A DNA stretch of 64,000 bases from Podarcis bocagei (Eukaryota). The stretch's first letter is position 1. Every line of letters starts with the position of its first letter. The position numbers and the translations under genes were made by a program. Shown one piece after another: positions 12,276-24,377 of the stretch. The DNA lies in NCBI GenBank assembly GCA_964188305.1, contig OZ076886.1; one strand, 5' to 3'. Below the pieces are notes generated by a model. The model was not told the origin of the DNA. It made no database searches and saw only the letters and a list, made by a program, of their open reading frames with translations.

Positions 12276-13595
12276 CAATATTTGTAAATTCTGTGTAGAC
12301 CTCACAAACATAAGAATGTTACACCAATAAGCATTGCTTTTTTAAAAACGTAACGACAGAATGGATAAGACAACTTGTTTGTGGGGGGGGGGACCCACTC
12401 TCATGGGGCAAGCTGGATCTGTTGGTGACAGATTTGGGAGGTGGGCAGGGAGATACCACAGTGGGAGCCGGATGAAGACAGCCCCTCAAGCTTCTTTATT
12501 GTTCACCCTATTCAGGGCAAGATTTAGTCTATATTAATATAATACAGACTTTTGAAATTGCCCCTTCCTGATCCCCAATTTACTAGGATCTTATGCTGCT
12601 TCCAAAGAAAAGGTTAGGCTTTAAAATTTTGTGGAAAGGAAATTCTAAAGCAGGGTATGACTTCCAAGCAGATTTTGTGCAGTATACAAAGCAGGTATAG
12701 GATAGCTGCACAAAGGATATGTAATTGTAGAGTCCCATGATTATGAGGACATACATATTTACTGTGTCATTGTCCAAAAGAGAATGAGACTTCTCACCAG
12801 ATACAATTGGTAGAGACTGTTTTTGCGCAATGCTTCAGCTGATATCAGTTGATCAGCCTTTCCAGTTGGAGTGTGGGGAATTGGCAGTGTGGCCCAATGA
12901 TCCAAACAAAGTCTTTGCCATCTCAGTGAAGAAGTAGCATTTATAGTGTAATATTGTGTAGTGAAGCTTAATGAGCACTCCCCCCCCCCATAATTCTCTA
13001 ATTGAGAAAGCAAGCTTGGCTAGTAATGGTGCAAAGTCCAAAGCAGTCACAAAATGGGTGGTAGGCTTGGGAAACCTTGAAACAACATCTTTTATAACTG
13101 GAATGGGGAACTTCTGGCTCAGGGACTGAATACAATCTTCACCACTACCCCTGTTTCTCCCCAGCCGTACCTTCTTCCCCAGCCCATAGTCCCTCTCTGA
13201 GTTATCCCCCCTCACCATCCCTGCCCCATATACCCCTGAAATACTTTTGCCTGACTGGAATGTATCATTGAACAGCAATAATGCCTTTTGCTTTCCTAGA
13301 TAGTGGATGGAGAAATTGGGGTGGATCCTATACATGGGCTATGAGTAGAAATATCTTATTTGAGCCAGGCTGGATTCTAGTCTTCTGTATAAAGATAAGA
13401 ACCACCACCATTGCTCCACCCACTTTTGCCTACCACAGACTTGCTTGTTTAGAAAATCTCTGCTTAAATATTTTCTTGACTTAAATTCCCTCTAAAAGAT
13501 GTTGATGACCAGATAGCTTTGCTAGCTACCTTTTCAAGTTCTTTTGTCCCCCTTTTGGTCTGTAATATGGTTTTTGTTGTTTCCTCCCTTCACAG

Positions 13596-13836
13596 TGATA
13601 GCGATGAGGAAAAGAGATCTAGAAAAGCTAAATCGCCTAAAGGAGAATTCAAAGATGAGGAGGAGACAGTGACCACAAAACACATCCATATTACACAAGC
13701 CACAGAGACCACCACCACCAGACACAAGCGCACAGCAAACCCTTCCAAAACCATTGACCTGGGAGCAGCTGCACATTACACAGGGGACAAAGGAAGTCCA
13801 GACCAGAATGCTTACACTCCGCAATCTACAGCAAAG
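13596..13836 (+). CDS. CLINT1: CLINT1 exon: SDSDEEKRSRK...KTIDLGAAAHYTGDK...PQSTAK
   Basis: cacag| ... aag|gtagg; 241 bp, phase 2 to 0; within ORF 13519..13908. Confidence 0.96.
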
Positions 13837-16800
13837 GTAGGAGGGGAAAGAAGGCACAACTGTACCTTTGAATTTGCATTTTTCCTAATCAAGTACTGTT
13901 TTCATTAAAGGTAATAAATCTGGAGTCTTCCAAGTGTGCCATAGGGAGTAATTCACTGAAAGCACTGGAACTGCATTTGGGTTAAGCAGTTGCTCCTCAT
14001 CTCATGTGATTTAGGCATATAGAACAAGCTCAGACCAAAGAATGACGCAGCACCTAGGTTGATACTGGTTTTGACAGTCTCCAGGGTGTTTGAATCCCAA
14101 GCTGTGAAGGGCTTCAAAGGTAAGAAACTATCTGGTAACTAGGGCAGGTTGCTGTAAAATAGGTTTAAGTATGTTTGGCCTTCCAACAGCTTTCAACACG
14201 CAGAAATAAGCATTCAGCACTAGTTGGAACTTCTTAGTCAGTCTCAAGGGAAGCTCCATGTAGAGCTTGTTTACCTGTACAGGCAACTCTCAATTTATGT
14301 GGGGGTTACATTCCAAGGCACCACACGTTTAATTGAAATCACGTATATTTGAAATGCCATTGAAAAGGCCTGCAGATGCCCCATCTGCCCCGCCCCCTTT
14401 TGGGACGTTTTTGGTTCACTTTCAGGTTCAGTGCCATGTGCGTGTGGTCGCGCACACATATCAGATGTGCCTAAAATAGTTGCTGCCTGTAGGTGATCCT
14501 GGAAGTTGCAAACATGATCAGCATGACTAGATGTCCCCTCTCCAGAAGCAGAAGAATCACCTTGCTTCTGGCACCTATTTAACCAGGAGTAAAGGCAGAG
14601 GGACCTAGGCATTCCATTAGGTTTCTAACTTCAGAAGACAGGGAAACTACTGAATCATCTGTCACAGGAAGGACCCACCTACGATGGAGCACTGTGATTA
14701 CCTACCAGTCCAGGATTTGGCGTTTTTCGCTTGCTTTGTGTACTGTGAGCATCCTTCTTCCCAACTTTCTGGAAAGAGTAGCTTAGCCTCTCATCATCCT
14801 TTCCTACTTTCATCTTTTCCTCCTCCATAGCAGGAAAGAGAAGTGGAGGCTTCCTTGGCTGCTGCTTGGACAAAGGTACTCTCAAAACCACCAAGTATCA
14901 CCAAGCTTGCCTGGGGCTGGAACCTAGCCAGGCTAAAATTGTGGACGCCTGTGTTAGGGTTACTTCCATTTTGTATTGTAATCCAGGTTGTAATCCAACA
15001 CAAGTCTGTATATAATAGAAGTATAATGTAGACTGAATGTAATCCAGGTTGAGCATTCCACCTCTTCAGTTCAGTTGGAAGTTTTTATTTGTTATAAAGT
15101 AGAGAAATGAGATAAAATCTGTTGCCACACCTTTGCAAGCATTCTCAGGAAGTGGAAGGATCACTTAATGTCTGAAGACCAGGGGAATCAGAAGTCATTG
15201 TTTGATGGAATCTGTCAAGCTCAAAATTGCAGGGAGATTGAAGACATGAAGTGAACAGATGGGCAGTTTTAAAAACTCCCATGTCAGCCTCAGGGAAGCT
15301 AGAATACTAGAGATTGTATCTATATTACATAGGTAAGTACACTAAGACCATAATGTGAAAGCATGTTTTACTTCTGCCGTAATGCAGTGGGGTTTTTTTC
15401 TTGCCCACATAGATGGAGAGAAAGAGGATGCATATTACTTTTCTGGCACTGCCATGTATGTACTAAAAGTGATGCCACTTAGGAAGGAAGTCAGGAAACA
15501 ATGAAGAAAAACTATAGTGTTCCCTTTCCACTGCAACTATTTAAATTAGCCCAATTGTAAAAACAGCACTTTGACAGCTCTGATGTTTAAACTTAGTGAA
15601 GCTATAATCAGATGGTACAAATTTTAAGTATTCCCTAAATTAAAGACCATATGGCAGTACACTCATCCACCAGCAAGCAGATCCTTTACATCTAAATTGT
15701 GCAGTTAATGTATGCATCTAGTGTGCCCAAAGTATCTCTGTTCAATAACTTATTTTGAAGATGCCCTCAGAAAAGTCAAGGATCTTTGTATAAGAATTTC
15801 ACTTTAAGAAGAGAGAAAGCTTAAACATTCGAACAAAAAGGCATGAAAAATATGTGATCTAGAAATGAAAGTTCTATTTAATTTGTGTAGTTGGTTTTTT
15901 TTATTTGTATTTTGTTCTGTTGGAAGCAACTGTGTGGGTACAAATGTTTTAAATAAACAGAATTTTTTAAGCCCTCTGCCTTGCTTATCGGGCTTTGGAA
16001 AGGAGGCATGAGGGCTCTGGGAGCATGTCGGGGCCCTTTAATGACCTTCTCAGAGCCCAATAAGCAAGGTCTGTTTTGGAGAGGTAGGAGTGATTGCAGG
16101 GGTTGGGGCTCTGGGGGTTCCTGACTTTATGCAATTTTGCCTTTGCGGGAGGACCTCCAAAACTGAACCCTTGCATGCGTGGCCAGCCCACTGTATTACT
16201 ATATTCTGAAATGTTCAATTCTGGGTCTGCCCTGTCCTTTAAAGCCATACCTAGACATGTACTTTGCTACCAATTTATTTGGCATAGGGCAAGGAAGAAG
16301 AACTTAACTATGTAGGGTTGCACATGTCTAGAGGTTGTGCTTTAAACTGGATCTCTTTGCCTGTTTGTGCACTGTTTGTATGCCTCATGTTTTGGCCTGG
16401 GCAGACATTGTGCCTGTGTTCTAGTTATTGCATGTGTAGTGGCTGGGGGCCCAGGATCAAAGAGATGCTGGTGCGCTGCGGCATAGGTAAGTTCACCTTC
16501 TCCAAGTGTCATGTTTCAGTTGCGCCCCAAGTTCAGAATCTGCTGCACATGCTTGCTGCTTAGATGGGACAAATCTTGTTCTCCAGAGCTCCCAGAATTC
16601 ATTAAATCCACAAGTGCATTTACAGTGCAGTCCTATACATGTTGGCTGAGAAGGAAGCCTTGCTATTTTCAATGGTTGCTATTTCCTAGGCATGTGTGTA
16701 TTGGATTGCAACCTGAAGTTTGGTATTGCATCCTTCCCCTCTTGTTATCCTGGACTTTTTTTTTTGCTTCCAATTATTTTCCCCATCCGCCCAAGAATGA

Positions 16801-18070
16801 GAGTCTTCAACAAGTGTACTGGACGGAACTTCTTAAAAGCAAATTAAAGTGAGCCCTGTGTCTACATAATCGCTAATGTTGTAATGAGGAAGTTTTCTAG
16901 AAACCCCCAGGTGCATAGAGTTTACCATAGATGTACTTGTCTTTGTGCCAAGGTTTATAGTCTATTAAATTTACATGGTGCTCCAGGAAAAGCAACTTTT
17001 CATCCATTGCCTTCCTTTGTGAATGTGTACAAAAATCTAGGATTTAGTCATAAATGATAAAGTGCACCCATGCAGCAAGATAATATTGTGATTTTTAATG
17101 CATGGATTTTGTTGGTAAATACATTTCCTTCCTTGTAGCAGAAGAAGAAACCACACTACCTCTACTTTGTGACAGAAATTTCTTAAATTATGCATTTCTG
17201 GTATCTAGCATTTTGCTAATTTTATCAAAGAAGCAGAACCTAAAATATACCTTCCACCTTTGGTATAACAGTCACTTTATTCCAATTTCCCTAAAAAAGA
17301 AGATGGGCCTACTTGGGGTAGGGTGCTGTTTTTAACCATAGTTGCTTGGAAGTAATTACTTCAGGAAATGAAGAAGTTACTTCCAATTAAATATATTCAT
17401 GTTTGGGATGCTGAGTTCAAATCTCAAAGTCAGCTCTGAATTTCTTTGGTGCCTTTAGACATCACACTCCTAATATCAGCCTTTCATTTTAATTGGAATA
17501 ATCCCAGAGGTAAGGCAGTAATAACCAGAGGATTAAAAACTATTGTAAAGCACAAAGAAGGCTATACAAATTTAGTTATAAGCAGAAAGATATCAAGCTT
17601 TAAAATTCTAGGCAGCTTACAATTGACCAAATGATGTTTCTAGTATTTTGAATATCTCAAAATGAAATTTTAAGGCATGTTAGCAAAACTATAAAGGTGG
17701 GAAATATTTTAAGAAATGGTTCAGCCTTTGCTATGCTTAATAGTTATATGGAATGGGTGTGTTTTCTAAAAAATATTTTTGCACCTCTCCTCACATTGTC
17801 TGATGGGAGATAACAGCTTAGAATCCTTGTTATCAAGTTGCACAATAATAACTTCCTTTATATTCTTCAGTTTTGTAATTCTCTTAATATAAGTTGATTT
17901 CCAGTAACAACCAATGTTTGATGCTACACAGATCTATTTTTCTCTGTGTTACTCCAGTTTTCCAATTTCTTGCCACAAACAGTCCTCGTTCAGTTGCCCT
18001 AAAACACACACACACCTTTGCATATTCATAACCATATTCCTTAAAACAGTTCAATTGTGCTTGTCCTTAG

Positions 18071-18143
18071 GTTCCTGGCAGCAAGTCATCCGGTGACCTG
18101 GTCGATCTTTTGTTCGATGGTACTGATCAATCAGTCCCAACAG
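18071..18143 (+). CDS. CLINT1: CLINT1 exon: VPGSKSSGDLVDLLFDGTDQSVPT
   Basis: ccttag| ... cag|gtaaaa; 73 bp, phase 0 to 1; contains the SKSSGDLVDL motif of epsinR; this frame is not in the ORF track. Confidence 0.92.
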
Positions 18144-20446
18144 GTAAAATGTATTTCTGTGTTCTGTTTGAGCAGTAGCTTGTGAGTCTAGTACATTTTA
18201 ATTCTGCTGAAATCAAACGTATGCATTAGGAAGCTAAGGGAAACTGTATCAGTCAGTTAAATGTAGAGCTGCATATTTATTCATAGAACCACATGCAAAT
18301 TACCATATTGTATAGATTAATAATAACCATAGCACCTTAGAAAGATTCACAGCTAAGTCAGTTTGTCAGGAACTCTGGTGGCTGAAATGCAATGTTATTC
18401 ATAATTAATTTTAAAAGCATGTAATCCAGTCAGATTTCAACACTTCTCGTGTTACACATGGACAGAGAGGCAGTGGTGAGAGTAGCTGACTTACAAGTCA
18501 CATCTAATGTGTACAGCAAAAGTGACCTTATTACTTCTTATTTTTGTTTCCTGCCCATTGACTCCTGGGTGACCTCAGAAATAACTATGTTTCTTGGTCA
18601 CTTCAAAACTGTTCAATTCATTCACTCCATTGTAGGCGACTAGTGAAACTGAGGCTTCAGTAAAGTAAATGTTACTTTCTATAATGGAGTGCATGTTTGG
18701 TATATTTAAAAAAACCAATAACAATGAATAGCCATATCAGGACAAAGTAAGGAAGATTGTCTCTGGCTGGCATGAAATATTAAGATGGTTCTATTTACAT
18801 ATCTTCACTGCTGCTGGCATGATTGTAGAATCATCAATCTTATATTAGGTGGCTGGATGTTGATAGCTGCAGTTATAATCCACATTACCTGTGAGCAAAT
18901 TAAGAAGAGGATTAAGAGCTGTGTAACTGAAACAATGCTTTCTCTTGAAGGAAGAATTTCTCAACAGATTCAGCACGCAGCATTAATGTTGTTAGTGGAA
19001 AGATTATTTTCCACCCCTTTTCATCCCCCATTTACAGTACCATGAGCTTCTGAAAAGGTGTGGCTGTACTTTTGGGCTTTGTGAACTGTCATGATTCTGC
19101 CACAATTTGTTATTCCTATACAATTTTTCAACATGGGGCTGGTTCCATAGACGTGCTCCCGCAAGGAGACCTTCCTGCCATATTCTTCCAACAGCAGCCC
19201 CCTGCATCCACTAAAAAGATTCTCCAGTGGGACAGGGGGTGCTCTGGAACAATGTGGGATAATAAGGGGGGGGGGGGATTAAATGAAATTGAAGCACCTT
19301 GTGCAAACAGGTCCCATGACCCACATACAGCTGGCGTTTCGGCAACCTTTCGTGAGCCTTGCACAAACATCTTAGTGTGAATGCTTCTCTGGGTGCAGCA
19401 AGTATATACATGATTGGCTAATGATTGGCTAAATCTGGAACTTCTACTACGTATTAAACCCAAGCAACATTTCAAACAGTTGCAACCATTTTTTTGCCCC
19501 CAGGATTACTATTATTTTATTATTATTTTGTCCTGTGTATACTAATTACATAGTGATAATAAAATGAAATATCTCCTCATAAGCAGGACTTTAGGCCACA
19601 GTTCTTAAGCTTTATTCTTTTGCCCCCTGCCAGTCCCTGCTTTTGAAGGGTTCCTTAGAAAATGCAAGCAGCACATTGAAAACTTTGCAGAGGCACGGGA
19701 ATTATTCTCCTGTCAGTATACTGGAGAATGAGAGTCAGCATTATATCCTTGTACTTCGTATGATTTTGGATTCTGAATTCTTGTGAGTAGGTGTATTTTA
19801 AATGGCAGCAAATGTGACTGGAAGCTGTCCATATTAAGAAATACATATATCTGTACTGTTTTTTGGATGAGGCCATGGCCTTGGGCTAGGGCAATAAAAG
19901 TTTCTGGTGATTGTATAGAAACTTAAGGAGTCTCTTTGCTGGGTCTTTGTTACTAGGCATTGAGATTCCTTCCCCAGCAAATATCTCTTCAGTTTGTCTA
20001 CCGTAATTTTTTTACTGGGTTTTTAACACACATGAACAGTGCTCAATCCCTCCACTTTCCTAAAGTTGTGTTTTCATGCAGGAATGGTGTCAACTTCTTT
20101 AAGTTCTTGAACTCAATCTTCTTAGAAACATTCTACTTTTAGCTTTAATTCTGTTTTTCTCTACCATCTGGTTTCGTAGTTCCCTTTAAAACCTGATCAT
20201 AACACAATGTAGACAGACATTGCTTCTTTTTTGGCATATGGAGTATTCTACAGTGATAGAATATTTGGAGTACAATATTTTTCCTTTATGGTTCACTGAA
20301 ACTGTTTCTGTTAAGCTTTGTAGCAAGAGCCATTGCATACATGACCCATACCTCTCTACTACCATGGGCTCCCACTGATTTGAAGCACTCACTGAAGTCC
20401 TGCTAACCTTATAGGCACAGAGCCATCCCTGTGGCTAAAGAAAAGC

Positions 20447-20507
20447 ATGGGTTAGGGTTAGGGTTCTAGACCACACACAATGGGTTAGGGTTAGGATTCT
20501 AGACACA
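20447..20507 (+). repeat. Short interstitial TTAGGG units in a 33-bp duplication
   Basis: atgggttagggttagggttctagac ... atgggttagggttaggattctagac. Confidence 0.85.
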
Positions 20508-22585
20508 TCTGCAGCTGTGTGGGAAACACTTTAATCTAAGTGGCTCCTATGCAGCTCAGCATTGTATTTGATCTTGCTTGCATTGATGCTGTATTACTTG
20601 CCTTTCGCACCGCCTCTTACGTAAATGGAGTGTTAATGGGCAGATTGTTCAGTCCTCATAATATTGACAACAGCAGGTGTACACATGTATTTGGTCTTAC
20701 AAATAAATACAGACAGAGGAGCATTTCTTACAACACTTGAAACATGTCTGGATATAATAAAATGGTCTACTCTCATTCCAGTTATCTACAGGTAGATCAT
20801 CTATTATAAATAATGTTGATATTCCCCTTGTTCTCCATAAATCTAAAGTTGATGCAACAACTTAAACAGATTGAGAATCCCAAGAGGAAAATAGGTTGGG
20901 GTTTTCAAGCTCCTGTTTTTATTGCACTCCCTTACAACTTCCTAAAAAGTATCTCCTGAAAGTCAAAGGATTTATGGGGTAGGATTCAGTGTGACTTGAA
21001 TATGCCCCCACCCTCAAGCAGTTTTCCAGTTGTGTATGGAGCTCTTTGGATCTCAGCCGCGGCCAGTATCCCATAATTTGAAGGAGTGCTCAACTATTAA
21101 TTTAAATCTCTATCTGGAAAAACCCTCATCTTACAGACTGTTGCTGTGAGAACAGAACTTGCTCATCTTTCTTTTGAGAAATCTTTTCTGGATTTGCCAT
21201 TTGACTGCCAATTATTTTGCTTTCACTCCTTTAGTGGAAGTTAAGCTTACCCGCTCTTTCCACATCAGCATTTAGAAGATGTCCTAGAGATGAGACACAT
21301 TACCAGCTGGCCACCACAAATAGCATCTTCTGCTGCCCTAAGGAGACAGATGGAAGGAGTTAATTTATAACGACAGCTCTCACTTGGGAGTCTTTGAGGC
21401 TAGCTAATGATGTTGTGAAGATTAGCACTGTCCTTCCTAAGGAGGTCACTTTCCCTAACCCATGTGCTACTTGCTGTAAAGAGCATGGCTTCATTAGCTT
21501 GTGCCACGCACAAAATAGCAAAGGGGCCGCAATAGGCATTGATCTCTTTTGTAAAGATAGGGGCATGGAAATCTCATGTTTTTGTGGAGGTGCTTGCCAA
21601 GCAACTAGTCCACACCAAGACAATGGGAAGCATTTTTTCCCCCAAGAAGGGGGCTAAATACCTTGAGCAATGCCTAATACAAATCTCCATCATTTAATAG
21701 AGGATTGAAAAAGAAAATGAAACAACTTTGTGCAGTGCTTCATATGGAAATAGTAGTTGTTAGCTCACCCTGTTGCACAACTATCAACACCAGGTGGCTG
21801 TGCTGGCACTGCATCCTAAGTAACCATCTTCATAGACTTGCTGTTAGCTTTGAAGAAACGTTCTGTGTTTTCTGAGGAAGCAACTAGATAGAGCATGGGA
21901 CCACCAAAATATGTGCAGAAGCAGATTAATTCCCAAATGATTTCACCTGATTTTTTACTGGCTTAAGCATTTGCCATACTATTGTTACTTTTAAATTGAC
22001 TATTTGGTATCATTTACCTGTATTGTCTAAATTAGCACTGCTAGTTCAAATAACCATGGTCTTGAAATTTGTAATCATTTAAGTATGCTAGTGTTTACGG
22101 ACAAGACATGTGCACGTGGTTGCATATGCCATGCAATGCTATGTAAATACTGCTTGTTTCCATCTTCTGGATAGCACAAATGTATTGTACATCCTCAAGC
22201 TGCTTAGATAAAAGTGATGCTTATCTTTGCATAAAACTCCATCACAGTTTCCTATAATGATTTAAGATCTATACTGGTAAATGCCCAATCTGTCTGTCTT
22301 TTGGATATGCTCTACAACATAATTCACCTATTATAAGACTTTAGGAGGGTCTTGTTACTACATATCTCCTATTTGATAACATATCTGTGTACGTTCTGAA
22401 GGGAGATGCTCCTATCTGAAAATGAAGTATGACGTCCTAATAATTGACTAAAATAAAATAGCATTAAAAAGAAATACAAGTACACATGTATTAGAAAGGG
22501 AATTGTTCCTTTTATTACTGCCAGCCATTTATTAAAAAGGCGATGGTTCTAGTTTAATTAACCGAGTTGAGAGCAGCAGATGGAG

Positions 22586-22717
22586 NNNNNNNNNNNNNNN
22601 NNNNNNNNNNNNNNNNNNNNNNNNNNNNNNNNNNNNNNNNNNNNNNNNNNNNNNNNNNNNNNNNNNNNNNNNNNNNNNNNNNNNNNNNNNNNNNNNNNNN
22701 NNNNNNNNNNNNNNNNN
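22586..22717. other. Assembly gap (N run)
   Basis: 132 N. Confidence 1.
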
Positions 22718-24290
22718 CTGTGATGTAACCCATATAATGTACGCAAACACTAAAAGCAGAATAATTGAGCTGCTGGTACTCCTTGGAAGGGTGTGACTGC
22801 TCAGAGGTGAAATCTTTTAAGGACAAACAGCAACAGCTAAGGCCATCACTTTTTCGGTACTTTCAGAGGAGGAAACTGTCAACTAGAAGCCTAAAGCCCT
22901 TTATTAAAGATATGGTGGCAGAGAGTTGCTTCACCTAAACATTTTCCTTCACAGAAAAAATATATATCTGCAGAAAGTGCCTATTTTTTGTATGTATTTC
23001 TCTCAGAGGGCCAATTAATGTCCACAGTTTTAAAAATTTGAATGGGGGCTTTCCTTTTAGGGATAATAGCTTGGGAGGAACTAGCATTTCTGATTAAATG
23101 AAGCCCTCCTTGTGTACAGCATTCCCATTCCTGCTCAGAAATCCCCACCTGTGGCAATCATCCTATTTAGTTTGGCCCTCAAACTTGACATAAGGAGATG
23201 TACAGAACAATGACCAGTGCAGAGGCTGTGAATCTTTACTATTTTGATAAAAAATGTGTAGGAAAGAATAGTAAAGATACTATATTTTGTAGTAAATAAA
23301 TCATTAGTATCTACAACTGGGACTTTCAATGTTCTTATTCTGAAAAGAAAGCAAACTTATTAAAAAATGAATACCAGTGCAGGTTTTATGCATTAAAACC
23401 TTGAATCTGAAATCCTGTGCAAGTCATTCCTGCTTTCAGTCTCACAAGATTTAACATGTAAGGAGGCCTTTTTAAATTTTTCATTCTATGCAGCATAATA
23501 AGCAAACAAAGGCATTTCTCCAATAAAAGACTTGTTCTGTTTCTTACATCTAGTACCTGAGTTAGAATTGCATTAATCTTTACTGTGTGATATTTCTTCC
23601 AAGCCTGCACTGGTTCTTCACCAGTTTTGCGTTCCATGCAACCTTGGTAAATTATTACTGAAATTACGAAGTTGAATATAGACCACTTGCATTGATGTAC
23701 AAGTGGTGGGATATAACTGAACCATAAAAGCAGGCATAATTCGATTTGACAGTTTTGTTTGTGTACAAAAAAGAAGGAAAGAAAGACTTCAGCCATGTAT
23801 ATGCCTTGTGACATTTTGTTTTGATTGGACTATCACCCTTCTGAATCAATCTTCATTTAACGCATGATCGTTCGTGGTGCTCTCTTCCATGCTTGTGCAT
23901 GCCAGAATAGTGAAAAAACTGAGGGTGGAAACTCCCTACAAACTAGTCAAAGGAAAGCACAAGAGTACGATTGCATACACAACCAGGTTTTGTTCCTGCA
24001 GCCCGGTTTGCAGAATTTCCACATATTTCAGTTTTTGTACCATGACAACCATCCTTGTATAACAGCCATCAGTGGTAAAATATCTTGTATTGAGAGATAG
24101 ACTTTGACTTGAGAACTGTGTCCTTAAGTACTTTGAGCTTCAATACGCTTGATGGATTGAACCGTTTCCCAGAACTGTATATCTTGACTCCACGTACAAT
24201 ATATTTAAATATAAAATTTAATATTTGATGTGAACTACTGGAGTGGGGCTGTTTTCACTAATTTACAACAAATCCTTTGATTGGTTGTAG

Positions 24291-24377
24291 GTGGAGCCAC
24301 TGACCCCTTCGGAGGGTTTGCGGACTTTAGCTCTGCTGCCGCCGCCTCTGCCTCAGCAGGCTGCCCCCCATTACAAG
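24291..24377 (+). CDS. CLINT1: CLINT1 exon: GGATDPFGGFADFSSAAAASASAGCPPLQ
   Basis: ttgtag| ... aag|gtaca; 87 bp, phase 1 to 1; FGGFADF adaptor-binding motif; ACTAAT branch-like site upstream. Confidence 0.93.

Noticed and set aside
18050-18070. Alternative upstream acceptor (aaacag) for exon 18071
   Set aside because: It would add 21 nt ending in an in-frame TAG
22532-22826. ORFs containing X runs (also at 31.7 kb and 44 kb)
   Set aside because: Artefacts of N gaps
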